Assembly: GCA_000146465.1 (NCBI GenBank) | Contig: CP001947.1 | Direction: 5' to 3' (one strand) | Length of the DNA: 64,000 nucleotides | Shown here: one piece after another, positions 48,202 through 56,980 of the stretch | How positions within the stretch are numbered: the first letter of the stretch is position 1 | How the letters are laid out: each line of letters opens with the position of its first letter | Notes under the pieces: generated by a model | The model's input: the letters and a program-made list of their open reading frames with translations, nothing else | Databases searched by the model: none | Told to the model about the DNA's origin: nothing | Program-made: the position numbers and the translations under genes

Positions 48202-49140
48202 ATGACGATGGAAATTAATAATAAGGAGGATGAAAATCTCTCTAGCTTTAAAAGGAATCTCAGGAAGATGATTCAACTGGAGGAGGAGGCCAAGAAGAGG
48301 AGAGAAGATCAAAGGTCCCGGAAGCTGGTCTCTATCAGGGTTGGGAAGATTGAGGGAATGGGAGAGTCACCTGAAAGAAAATTTGTTCAGGACAGGAAAA
48401 GGGTATTTGAAGAGCCAAAGGTGGAATATGAAGGAGAAGGAAAAGTAAGAGAGAGGATAGAAAGTTTCAGCAAGAAGGATGATGGTGTGGACGAAAGGAT
48501 TTTAGGCGAAGAAGAAAAGAAGGGTTTTGTTTATGATAAAGACCATGGAAGGAATGGAGAAGAGGCCCAAAACAGCACCAATGCTGAGAGGAAGGGTAGT
48601 GAGAGCCTGAAGATTGTAGAAGAATGTAAGATAAGTGTCAACAGAGAGGTATTGGAATCTGGACCTAAATATAAAGACGAAGAAGCAGAGGATGAATGCT
48701 TCAAAGAGATTTCCGTTGAAGACATCAAAAAGAGCCTCCTTGCAGAATTAGATTCGGAGAGGGAAAGTGAAGCAGATATCATAAGTACTGTGATGAAGTC
48801 TGAAAACTCAGCACCTTCGCAGCAGGAAGTTATATATGTTGACAGAGAAAGTAGTTCTTTGGAAACAGAAAAGAACCCATATAACATAGGGTGTAATGTA
48901 TATGCTTACGACATCCACTATAAGATCTCTGATCTGTCTTGGGGGAACCCATCTGGACATATAACTCCTAATGAAAAAGAACCATCGATTAGTAGCAACA
49001 AAAGTCCTGTAAGGGAACATGGAGACGTTAATCTGGAGGATGGACCTGTAACTTACCAAGATCTTGACGAGGAAAAGGAGGAGAAGGGATGGTTTTCTTT
49101 GATATTTGAGTCCGTTTTTTCTATCTGCTGTGGTAAGTAG
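48202..49140 (+). CDS. Hypothetical acidic (E/K-rich) protein
   Basis: 312-aa ORF with ATG start and a low-complexity charged sequence. Confidence 0.4.
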   Translation: MTMEINNKEDENLSSFKRNLRKMIQLEEEAKKRREDQRSRKLVSIRVGKIEGMGESPERKFVQDRKRVFEEPKVEYEGEGKVRERIESFSKKDDGVDERILGEEEKKGFVYDKDHGRNGEEAQNSTNAERKGSESLKIVEECKISVNREVLESGPKYKDEEAEDECFKEISVEDIKKSLLAELDSERESEADIISTVMKSENSAPSQQEVIYVDRESSSLETEKNPYNIGCNVYAYDIHYKISDLSWGNPSGHITPNEKEPSISSNKSPVREHGDVNLEDGPVTYQDLDEEKEEKGWFSLIFESVFSICCGK

Positions 49141-49236
49141 AAATAAAGAGTTGTAATAGTTTTTAGCTAAGCCTAAGGGTCTTTGTCTTTATGCATCCAA
49201 GTAATAAAATTTATAGACGAAAATTCTAGCCCTGAG

Positions 49237-50346
49237 ATGGTTGACCGAAAGGTGCTGTTTGCAAGGTCTTCGAAGTCAAATAACTTGAGCATGGGAATAG
49301 TTGGACTTCCAAATGTAGGGAAGTCAACTCTTTTCAACTTTCTTACAAGGAACAATGTTCCTGCGGAAAATTACCCGTTCTGCACGATTGATCCTTCGGA
49401 AGGTCGTGTGGAGATTCAGGACGAGAGAGTGGACTTTCTGGAAAAGAAGTACTCTCCTCAAAATGTTGTGAAGGCATATTTAAGTATAACAGACATAGCC
49501 GGACTTGTCAAGGGAGCTAGTACTGGAGTTGGGCTTGGAAATCATTTTCTGGACAACATCCGAAGTGTGGATGGAATATTTCATGTTGTAAGATGCTTTG
49601 AAGATACAGGAGTGGCTCATTTTGAGGATGGGGTTGATCCAATAAGAGACATAGAAATAGTCAACGAGGAGCTGAGGCTCAAGGACTATGAGACTATGGT
49701 TCGCCATGAAGAGAAAATGTCGAAGGATCTGAAGTCGAAACCTTCTGACAAAAAGCTGAAGGATCAGGTTTTGCTGGTCAGGAGGCTTGTGGAGATATTG
49801 AAGAGCGATTGGGTAAACAAGCATTCGTTCAACGAAGAAGAGATTGGATACATAAGCACTCTGAATCTGCTCACAGTGAAGAATGTAGTGTATCTAGCCA
49901 ATATCAGTGAGAAGGATTATGAAATGCGGCGGGCAAACAAGCACCTACGAGCGGTTATGAAGTATTCTGAGGATGTTATTGTGTTTAGTGCTACATATGA
50001 GGCCAACCATGAATCCAAGGTATTTTTGAACAAGCTTGTAAAGAAGGGATATGAGTCTTTAGACCTAATAAACTTCTTTACTGTGGGAAAGGACGAGGTC
50101 AGGAGCTGGACGATAAGAAGAGGAATAAATGCACCTTCTGCAGGGGCAGTAATCCACACGGACTTCAAGAAATATTTTATTATGGCCGAGGTGATGTCTT
50201 TTGAAGATTTCAAGACATATGGAGGAGAGGCTGAGGTCAAGAAGGCTGGAAAGTACCACCAGAGAGGGAAAACATACATTGTTAATGACGGAGACATAAT
50301 TCTCTTCAAGGTCAATCCACCCAAGTCCACAGGAAAGAAGAAATGA
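49237..50346 (+). CDS. OLA1: Obg-like ATPase 1 (OLA1/YchF)
   Basis: G1 GIVGLPNVGKSTLFN, a YchF-type G domain, and C-terminal TGS and ThrRS-like regions. The track starts at TTG 49183; first ATG is at 49237. Confidence 0.85.
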   Translation: MVDRKVLFARSSKSNNLSMGIVGLPNVGKSTLFNFLTRNNVPAENYPFCTIDPSEGRVEIQDERVDFLEKKYSPQNVVKAYLSITDIAGLVKGASTGVGLGNHFLDNIRSVDGIFHVVRCFEDTGVAHFEDGVDPIRDIEIVNEELRLKDYETMVRHEEKMSKDLKSKPSDKKLKDQVLLVRRLVEILKSDWVNKHSFNEEEIGYISTLNLLTVKNVVYLANISEKDYEMRRANKHLRAVMKYSEDVIVFSATYEANHESKVFLNKLVKKGYESLDLINFFTVGKDEVRSWTIRRGINAPSAGAVIHTDFKKYFIMAEVMSFEDFKTYGGEAEVKKAGKYHQRGKTYIVNDGDIILFKVNPPKSTGKKK

Positions 50347-50396
50347 ATATCTGTTCCGATTAAATAGAATTTATTTAAGTTTCTATGCATATACAA

Positions 50397-52187
50397 CTAG
50401 AAGAAATAGAACTCAAAGTCGTCGATTTCCTTTGTTTTTTCCTGCACGTGCTCCTCAGGCTTGTGTGCCTCCTTTCCATCTATCTTCTTGAGAATGTCCT
50501 GAAGTCTTTCGATAAGCTCGTTTTTCTTACCGGTGTGGTTCAGTCCAAACTCTTTCATAAGACTCTTGAGTTGCTGAACTGTGACATTGTTAAAGTCAAG
50601 CTCGCTTACCGAGTCCTTGAAGTTTTGAACCACTTCCTTAAACTCGTCTGTAACGCCTTTATTGGAATTAAGGAATAGCGGAAATATAGAATTTCCGTTG
50701 CTTCTCTCTGGAGAACTCTTTCTCATTGTCCCAAGATACATCTTTTGGCTGTCATCGACCCCTTGGATGAAGTCCAGACTCGAGTATTTTGATGGATGAA
50801 CAATTCCCGGGTGCAAACCTTGGTTACTCTTTATGTATTGCCACAAGAGAGGATTACTCTTCCTCTTTTTCCGGTTCATCCATGCATTGTTTTGTACAGG
50901 TACATCCGTATACCTCTGCTGGAAATGCGTCCTGAAGGCTGGATTCGGAAAGAGAGATGCCATCATTCTCCGGTCATAGTCTGCTCCGTCCACCTGCCTG
51001 TGCATTTTTTGGCCGCTTCCGAAAGAGGCTTGGCTATGACCGAACTCACGGTCGCCAAGAGTATGTGGTGAGGAAAATGCTCCACTATGTAGGTGATTTC
51101 TTGGTCCTTCGGAGCCATGTATTCTAGAAATTTCCCCAGGCCCAAGGGGAACAGCTCTTCCTTCATAAAAGGAATGCCTTTCATTATTTCCAAATCCTCC
51201 TTCATAGTAGGAGTCAGGCCCCATCCTCACTTGAAAAGGCCCTTTGCGAAATCCTTGATTTAGTTCTTCGCCTTCCTTATACAAGAGATGTGTTGGGCCT
51301 TCAGAAAGCTTTTCCTCTCCCATACTCTTTCTTGAGGGCCCATATCTACCATATTCCTCTTTTCCTTTGGAAAATTCTTGATGGAAATTCCATGGTGTGC
51401 CTTGACTTCCAAAAGATCCAGTATTACCGAATGCATCGTCTTCTTGGAACAGTCTTCTTCCCATTTCTCCGAAGTTGCTATCTTGTGAGCCTTTGGGCTC
51501 TCCCGGGAATTCCTGAAAAAAGGATGGAAGCCCAGTGCTCTGCTCATTTCCAGCTCTTCCACTATAATATGGATTTCTATTCCCTAGGTAGTCTCCTCCA
51601 TCTTTCCCCACCCCATTCAGACCGTTATTGCTATAGGTCTCCACTTTTTTTACATCTAGAGAATTATCGGAGTTAATGCTATTGTTGCATGCTTCATTAG
51701 AAGAAATATCACCTGCTCTGGAAAATGGCTTACTAAATCCAAGAAAATTAGTTATGCTATCTGAGGAGTCTCCGGCCCTGCTGGTCTGTAGATATTCGCT
51801 AGGTAGGGAATTCTGCATCCCTTGCAGTCCTCCTAAAGAGAAATGCTCTACTTGATTTGTAAACTGCTTTTGCCCATAGTCAACTTTGTCTCCAAAGCCA
51901 TTTCGAATCTGGGTAACATGTAGAAAGGATTCCACATCTCTCTTTCGAGGCCTTCCTCTGGATGGAATTTCTATTGGCTTGGAATTCTGGTCGTCATCCA
52001 TCTTGTCTCCTTCCTCTGTCCTCCATTTTGCTTTTAAATGTTTTAGGTACTCTGTTTCATTTCTCACAAATAGGATCTTGAGACTTCGTTTGTGGCCAGT
52101 AGCAGGGCGAGACTTGATTCCCAAAACCTTCATTTTAGTAAAAGACAAGCGCAGGTCCAAATAATTGTTTTGTTTATGGATGTCCAT
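50397..52187 (-). CDS. SAP-domain nuclear protein with an AT-hook and an FG/G-rich low-complexity centre
   Basis: 596 aa. AT-hook RGRPRK near the N-terminus, G/F/N/S-rich middle with scattered FG dipeptides, and a C-terminal SAP motif VTVQQLKSLMKEFGLNHTGKKNELIERL. Confidence 0.5.
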   Translation of the reverse strand: MDIHKQNNYLDLRLSFTKMKVLGIKSRPATGHKRSLKILFVRNETEYLKHLKAKWRTEEGDKMDDDQNSKPIEIPSRGRPRKRDVESFLHVTQIRNGFGDKVDYGQKQFTNQVEHFSLGGLQGMQNSLPSEYLQTSRAGDSSDSITNFLGFSKPFSRAGDISSNEACNNSINSDNSLDVKKVETYSNNGLNGVGKDGGDYLGNRNPYYSGRAGNEQSTGLPSFFQEFPGEPKGSQDSNFGEMGRRLFQEDDAFGNTGSFGSQGTPWNFHQEFSKGKEEYGRYGPSRKSMGEEKLSEGPTHLLYKEGEELNQGFRKGPFQVRMGPDSYYEGGFGNNERHSFYEGRAVPLGPGEISRIHGSEGPRNHLHSGAFSSPHTLGDREFGHSQASFGSGQKMHRQVDGADYDRRMMASLFPNPAFRTHFQQRYTDVPVQNNAWMNRKKRKSNPLLWQYIKSNQGLHPGIVHPSKYSSLDFIQGVDDSQKMYLGTMRKSSPERSNGNSIFPLFLNSNKGVTDEFKEVVQNFKDSVSELDFNNVTVQQLKSLMKEFGLNHTGKKNELIERLQDILKKIDGKEAHKPEEHVQEKTKEIDDFEFYFF

Positions 52188-52632
52188 GGCTAAAGACCAA
52201 GAGAAGGTTTACATGCTTTTGGAACTAGAAAGGATCCGGCAGCTGAATATCCCGCACGTGTATGCATTTCCTACTGGAACTCTGGAATTCACATGTGCAA
52301 TGTTCCGAGGCTCGGACCATACTGTCTTCAAGCTAATAAAATCAGACATTTATGAGAAGTGGAGTGTCCTAATCGATGGGGAATGTAGTGAGGAAATGAA
52401 CAAGATGTCTGGCTCATGCGATGCACATATAACACTAGAAACAACTGTACAGACACTAAGCAGATGCCATAATACCAGTCTCTTTGGAAAGTCTAAAAAC
52501 ATCTTTCCATTTATTTCCGAAGGTTTTCCAAACAGAGAGAAAAATATTACAGCGCTTTTGCTCTTTGTTAAAAATAGATGTTCCAAGACAAATGGTTGTG
52601 GAGAGAAGATGGCTATTCAGATAAAAGAGTAG
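52180..52632 (+). CDS. Hypothetical protein
   Basis: The track ORF starts at TTG 52165. In-frame ATGs at 52180 and 52186 lie within a CCATGG shared with the divergent SAP gene start. No recognised domain. Confidence 0.3.
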   Translation: MSMAKDQEKVYMLLELERIRQLNIPHVYAFPTGTLEFTCAMFRGSDHTVFKLIKSDIYEKWSVLIDGECSEEMNKMSGSCDAHITLETTVQTLSRCHNTSLFGKSKNIFPFISEGFPNREKNITALLLFVKNRCSKTNGCGEKMAIQIKE

Positions 52633-52663
52633 AAACAAACAGAAGCGAAGATAAGATGTTTAA

Positions 52664-53014
52664 TCATGCCAGTCCCTTTTCCTTTAGGAGCTCGTCCTCA
52701 ACTCTTTTCCTCAGCTTCATCTGGAATCTCTCGAAATCATTGGTTGTATCCTCCTCACTAATGCTTTCTGGAATGAGCTTTCCTATCTCTTCTGGACTAA
52801 GATCCTTAATGTCAAACGACTCATCCTCAAGGTGGAGATTAGATATAGAGCACATTTCCCTCTCTCCATCCTTCCTCTGGAGAAGTACAAAGGTTGCATC
52901 GATGATGCCAACAATTATGCCATATGTTTTTCTTTTTTCTTTGAGTGCAGGTGTCACAATCCTTCCCAGCCTTACTGTCTTCTAAAGTTAGCCAAAAAGA
53001 AGCTCACTTACCAT
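52664..53014 (-). CDS. RPL14: 60S ribosomal protein L14e; exon 1 is ATG at 53014-53012, a 30-nt intron spans 53011-52982, and exon 2 is 52981-52664
   Basis: The ORF-track 97-aa ORF begins at GTG with no early ATG. Its sequence (YGIIVGIIDATFVLLQ...NDFERFQMKLRKR) matches L14e. Upstream, ATGGTAAGTGAGC...GGCTAACTTTAG|AAG restores the frame to give MKTVRLGRIVTPALKEK..., matching the L14e N-terminus (FKRFVEIGRVALV). Confidence 0.8.
52982..53011 (-). other. Spliceosomal intron of RPL14, 30 nt: GTAAGTGAGCTTCTTTTTGGCTAACTTTAG
   Basis: GTAAGT donor directly after ATG, CTAAC branch-like element, AG acceptor, frame preserved. Confidence 0.75.
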
Positions 53015-53034
53015 TTTTAGGGCAAATTTTTGTG
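53015..53034 (-). promoter_or_regulatory. AAATTT/CCC upstream module of RPL14 (CACAAAAATTTGCCCTAAAA before ATG)
   Basis: Read in sequence. Almost identical to the RPL19 module. Confidence 0.5.
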
Positions 53035-53061
53035 TAGATTTAACCGTAGGAAAGTACACTG

Positions 53062-53379
53062 GTGAATCCCCAGGCACAGATGAAGATAACAGACTTGCAG
53101 AATGAGGTCAACCACCTCCTGTTTCTTTATTTCACATCTATAGGGGTCATCCAAAGAGATGCGGGACTAGGAGACATTTACGACAAGATGGAAGAGCTGA
53201 AGAGAGAGATTGATGACTGCCGAAAAAGGATTATGCGGCTCATGGACTCTGAGGAAGTGGATGTAGAACTCTGCAATGACTACAAAGAAATCATCACCGA
53301 GGGTAAGGAATTTGTGAGAGATGGGCTGAGTTTCCTTGACAAGCTTCTGAAGAAAGACTATGGACCTGGAAACTATTAA
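53062..53379 (+). CDS. MED21: Mediator complex subunit 21 (Srb7)
   Basis: 105 aa. N-terminal ITDLQNEVNHLLFLYFTSIGVIQ matches the Med21 signature (DRLTQLQDAVN..FCNAIGVLQ), followed by coiled-coil heptads. Confidence 0.6.
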   Translation: MNPQAQMKITDLQNEVNHLLFLYFTSIGVIQRDAGLGDIYDKMEELKREIDDCRKRIMRLMDSEEVDVELCNDYKEIITEGKEFVRDGLSFLDKLLKKDYGPGNY

Positions 53380-53406
53380 CATGAAAGATTTCAAGCTGCC
53401 CCTAAA

Positions 53407-55446
53407 ATGGTTATTAAAATTTCTATGGGAGATGGTGAAGATATTAGCTTTGATATCGAGAATCCTCCTCTAGATTCGAAGTTTGATGAGCTGTTAAAAC
53501 TTCTGGATACTAATAAGGTTTCTCGATCTATACAACATAAAATAGTATATGGATATAGAAGACGTCCAGAGCTTGCCATGAAGATACTTGAGCAGCTGAT
53601 CAGGGCTGACGGTGAGGATCAGATCACACTTCTACTTCTACTTGCATGCAAGCTTCAAGCAGGAATGGATGGAGTTGACATAGTACAAAGGATGGAGCTT
53701 TTTGAATCTCCAATGCTTGATATTCTCAAAGGATTTGCTTCTCTAAGGAAGGAGAGCTATGACGGAGCACTGTTTCTCTTTGGAAAGGCAGGGTTTTCTC
53801 TCGGGATCCAAATCTGCAACTATTATCTTGGGAACATTGCAGAAGCCAAGAAGTCTGAAAATAAGGTGGTGAAGGGATATTGTCTTCTAAAGGAAGCCAA
53901 AAGCAACGACGAGCTCCGGGAGGTTACACGATTGTTTCGGGAGACCGGCAAAAAGGATCTTCTGTTTGGACTAGGAGTCGGAGAGGATTATGAAAATCGG
54001 GAGAATGTTGATGTGAAGATGAGACTTATTGGGGAATTTGTGGAAAGAGGAGAGTTTCAAGAGGCATGGGAGGAAATGGAAGGGATGCCAAGGAGCGCAG
54101 AAGTTCTCTATCTAAGAGGAAAGGTAGAGCACATGAAAGGGGATTTCGAGAAAGCAAAGAGGTACTACACAGAAAGTCTGGAGTGTGATAGAGATTTCTT
54201 TAAGAGTGAATACAATCTACAAAGGATAGTCCAGAATAAGATGAGAGAAGCGCACTATCGGTCTCCCGAGTTTTGTGATTTCAAAGCCTATCTCGAGCTC
54301 AAGAACAAGATAGTTGATATAAATCTAGACGGATGCAGTGAAGAATTTCGGAATGTGGTCTCTGTGATAGCCAACAAAGGGCTGAGGAGAAGAGATACTC
54401 TTCTAAGAAGATATATGAAGCTGATAGGGAATCCATGGATTGAGAACTTTGTAGTGATGAACAATATTGGATATTCCCTGTGCAGTCACATGAGACCTTT
54501 TGACGAAACAGAAGAAAGGACGGAAGGAAACGACCGATTTCTTATTGGATCGATTGGAATAGATGAAGAAGACAAGAAATGGAGGGGAGAAGGAGAAGAG
54601 GGGGAAAAGAGAGCAAAGGAAGGAGAAAAGTATTTGAGAAAGGCATTAGACGAATGCCCTGATGAGTACAGGGAAGTGATAAGATACAACCTTGGATATG
54701 TGATGGAAGATAAAGAGTTGCTAGCAGATCTGTCATTAAAAGAAGCAAGGTTGCTGCTCTCAGTTGAAGGAGAAGGGATATCTTCCATTCCCAACGAGCT
54801 TGAACTAGCAGGGTTTTATCATATGAAGAGAAAGGAATTCAAATTAGCAAAAAAGATATTCCAGAAGTTGGATACATTGTACAGTAGCATTGGGCTTGGA
54901 AATATATACATTAGAAGCTTCTACAAGGACAAGGACGAATCTGCATTAGGGAAGGCTATGAAAGCGTTTTCCAAGGGGTTGAAGTCGTACTATTGTGGAA
55001 ATGGAGTTGGGATATGCCTTGCATTGAAGGGGAGGATGGAAGAGGCTATCGATGTGTTTAATAACGTTTCGATTGACTGGCCTGGAGGATATGTAAATCT
55101 TGGAAACACACTGATTCTTTGTAGAAGATATAGAGAGGCTATGGATGCCTTTTTGAAGACCTCTTCGATGAGATATTCTCGGAAGATGCTTGAAAGGCTC
55201 TGTAATATTGTTAATGAAATTGACGGATATAGACTGTGTGTGGATGTGGGGATAGCCGGGGCTAGAGAGAAGGCTTTTGAGCTTCTTGTTGAGCAAGGAC
55301 GGTTTGAGGAAGCTTCTAAGCTTGGAGTCTCTGATGAAAGGCTTGTAAGAATATACGACGAAAAGAGAGAAGAGGAAAGAAAGAAGAAGGAGGAGTTGAA
55401 GAAAAAGGCTGAGGAGATGAGGGAATACAGAAAGAGAAGAAAATAA
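53407..55446 (+). CDS. CTR9: TPR-repeat protein, Ctr9-like (Paf1 complex)
   Basis: 679 aa. The N-terminus IKISMGDGEDISFDIENPPLDSKFDELLKLL resembles the Ctr9 N-terminus (IEIPL.D.DEVIELD..LP..DEV..IL). Multiple TPRs and a C-terminal K/E-rich tail. Confidence 0.5.
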   Translation: MVIKISMGDGEDISFDIENPPLDSKFDELLKLLDTNKVSRSIQHKIVYGYRRRPELAMKILEQLIRADGEDQITLLLLLACKLQAGMDGVDIVQRMELFESPMLDILKGFASLRKESYDGALFLFGKAGFSLGIQICNYYLGNIAEAKKSENKVVKGYCLLKEAKSNDELREVTRLFRETGKKDLLFGLGVGEDYENRENVDVKMRLIGEFVERGEFQEAWEEMEGMPRSAEVLYLRGKVEHMKGDFEKAKRYYTESLECDRDFFKSEYNLQRIVQNKMREAHYRSPEFCDFKAYLELKNKIVDINLDGCSEEFRNVVSVIANKGLRRRDTLLRRYMKLIGNPWIENFVVMNNIGYSLCSHMRPFDETEERTEGNDRFLIGSIGIDEEDKKWRGEGEEGEKRAKEGEKYLRKALDECPDEYREVIRYNLGYVMEDKELLADLSLKEARLLLSVEGEGISSIPNELELAGFYHMKRKEFKLAKKIFQKLDTLYSSIGLGNIYIRSFYKDKDESALGKAMKAFSKGLKSYYCGNGVGICLALKGRMEEAIDVFNNVSIDWPGGYVNLGNTLILCRRYREAMDAFLKTSSMRYSRKMLERLCNIVNEIDGYRLCVDVGIAGAREKAFELLVEQGRFEEASKLGVSDERLVRIYDEKREEERKKKEELKKKAEEMREYRKRRK

Positions 55447-55509
55447 ATACTATTAAAGCTTCATGGGGTGGTTGTTTCCTTTTTAGAAGGATTTAATGTC
55501 CCTTGTATA

Positions 55510-56973
55510 ATGAATGATTTTGAAACCATAGGAGTTAAAAGATTCTTCAATGGGCATATCAAGGACGGAGAATGTGTACTAAAACAGGAAGTATTTGACT
55601 TTATAGTTCAGGAGATGACACCAACTAGGCTGTGTGGAATACTCCCTATTGTCGACCATAAAGGATTTCTGGAAGGAAAAGAAGTAGTCGGATATTCTGA
55701 GGGTCTAAGTATTGAGGAGAAGGAACAACGCACTATAATGCACAAGAAGCTAAAGTGTTATCCATTTGTAAAGGCCAAAACTATTGGGGGGAAGATATGT
55801 CTTGAGCATACCGACGAGGATGTATATTCATTTGTTCTCCAGAAGGTGATGTTTAATACGATTGATGCAGGAAAATGGATCTGTAAAAGACTTGGAGTTC
55901 CCGATAATGCATTTCAGTTTGCAGGGAATAAGGATAAGAGAGCTGTTACATTCCAGGAGGTTACTGTTCAATGTTCCTTCATGAAACTCTACAAACTTGC
56001 AGTGAAGTTGAACAAGGAAGAGAATTCTTTCGAATGGGAAGATTTGATTGGGGAAGGTTACAGCAGGGAAAGTATTGAAGAGGAAAACAGAAAGGTGGAA
56101 GAAGAAATCCTAAAGATTAAGGGGATAAGCTCAGAAGAATGGAAAGAAGAACTTGAGAGGAGTTGGCCGGAGGAAAGAGAAAGGATAGAAAAGCCCTTAG
56201 ATAGAGAACTAGCTGAATGGGAAAGATTCAGGTCTTCAATAAAGATCTTTGATATCAAGAAGTCGTCAGTAAGGAAACTGGGAGACTTAAAGGGAAATAG
56301 GTTTAGTATAGCATTGCGAGGCTTCAAGGACAAAGGACTGATAGAGAACCTAGAAAGGGGCTTTTTGAATTACTTTGGACAGCAGAGATTTGGAAATAAG
56401 CTAAAAAATCACGAGATAGGATATGAAATTCTGACAAAGAAATACGAAGAGGCTGTTAATAAGATTATGAAGGGAGGAAAATGCTATGAACTTTATATAG
56501 ACGGGAAGTACGAAGAAGCCATGAGCCTCGGAGATGGAGTGGAAAAGTACATTCTGAAGTGCAAATCCAAAGGGATAAAGGAAAAGGATATGATATATGG
56601 ACTACGCAGGGAGCTTCGGATGTTATACCTCCATTCTTACCAGAGTCTAAAGTTTAACGAAGCTATTAACAGCAGGATGGAGTATGGAACAAGTGTTGTT
56701 GAGGGAGACATGGTTTATGTGGATGGAGAGGTCAAGGCTGTGGAGAATCCATCTGAGTTTAGTATATTCGATGTGGTCCTACCGTTGGAGAAATTCAACA
56801 ACAAGATGCTAAAGGGTGGGTATAGAAAAATAGTGGAAAAGGCCAACAACGTCATTATGACTGAGTTTGAGGATCGGGTTGTGGTTAAGTTTTTCCTGAA
56901 TAGCTCGTGCTATGCCACAATGGCTCTGAGAGAGGTAATTGGAAACTCTGTACTGAATAAAGTAAGCGTTTAA
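55510..56973 (+). CDS. PUS7: tRNA pseudouridine synthase of the TruD/Pus7 family
   Basis: NYFGQQRFG motif plus a TruD-type catalytic core. The track ORF begins at GTG 55468; first ATG is at 55510. Confidence 0.7.
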   Translation: MNDFETIGVKRFFNGHIKDGECVLKQEVFDFIVQEMTPTRLCGILPIVDHKGFLEGKEVVGYSEGLSIEEKEQRTIMHKKLKCYPFVKAKTIGGKICLEHTDEDVYSFVLQKVMFNTIDAGKWICKRLGVPDNAFQFAGNKDKRAVTFQEVTVQCSFMKLYKLAVKLNKEENSFEWEDLIGEGYSRESIEEENRKVEEEILKIKGISSEEWKEELERSWPEERERIEKPLDRELAEWERFRSSIKIFDIKKSSVRKLGDLKGNRFSIALRGFKDKGLIENLERGFLNYFGQQRFGNKLKNHEIGYEILTKKYEEAVNKIMKGGKCYELYIDGKYEEAMSLGDGVEKYILKCKSKGIKEKDMIYGLRRELRMLYLHSYQSLKFNEAINSRMEYGTSVVEGDMVYVDGEVKAVENPSEFSIFDVVLPLEKFNNKMLKGGYRKIVEKANNVIMTEFEDRVVVKFFLNSSCYATMALREVIGNSVLNKVSV

Positions 56974-56980
56974 TTCCGTA

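Noticed and set aside
49135-49168. GTAAGTAGAAATAAAGAGTTGTAATAGTTTTTAG at the end of the 48202-49140 gene looks like an intron that might join it to OLA1
   Set aside because: No ATG precedes the GTAAGT for OLA1. Splicing would not join the two frames without an immediate stop. GTAAGT is expected about 30 times by chance in 64 kb, and the GGT AAG TAG codons already end the upstream ORF sensibly.
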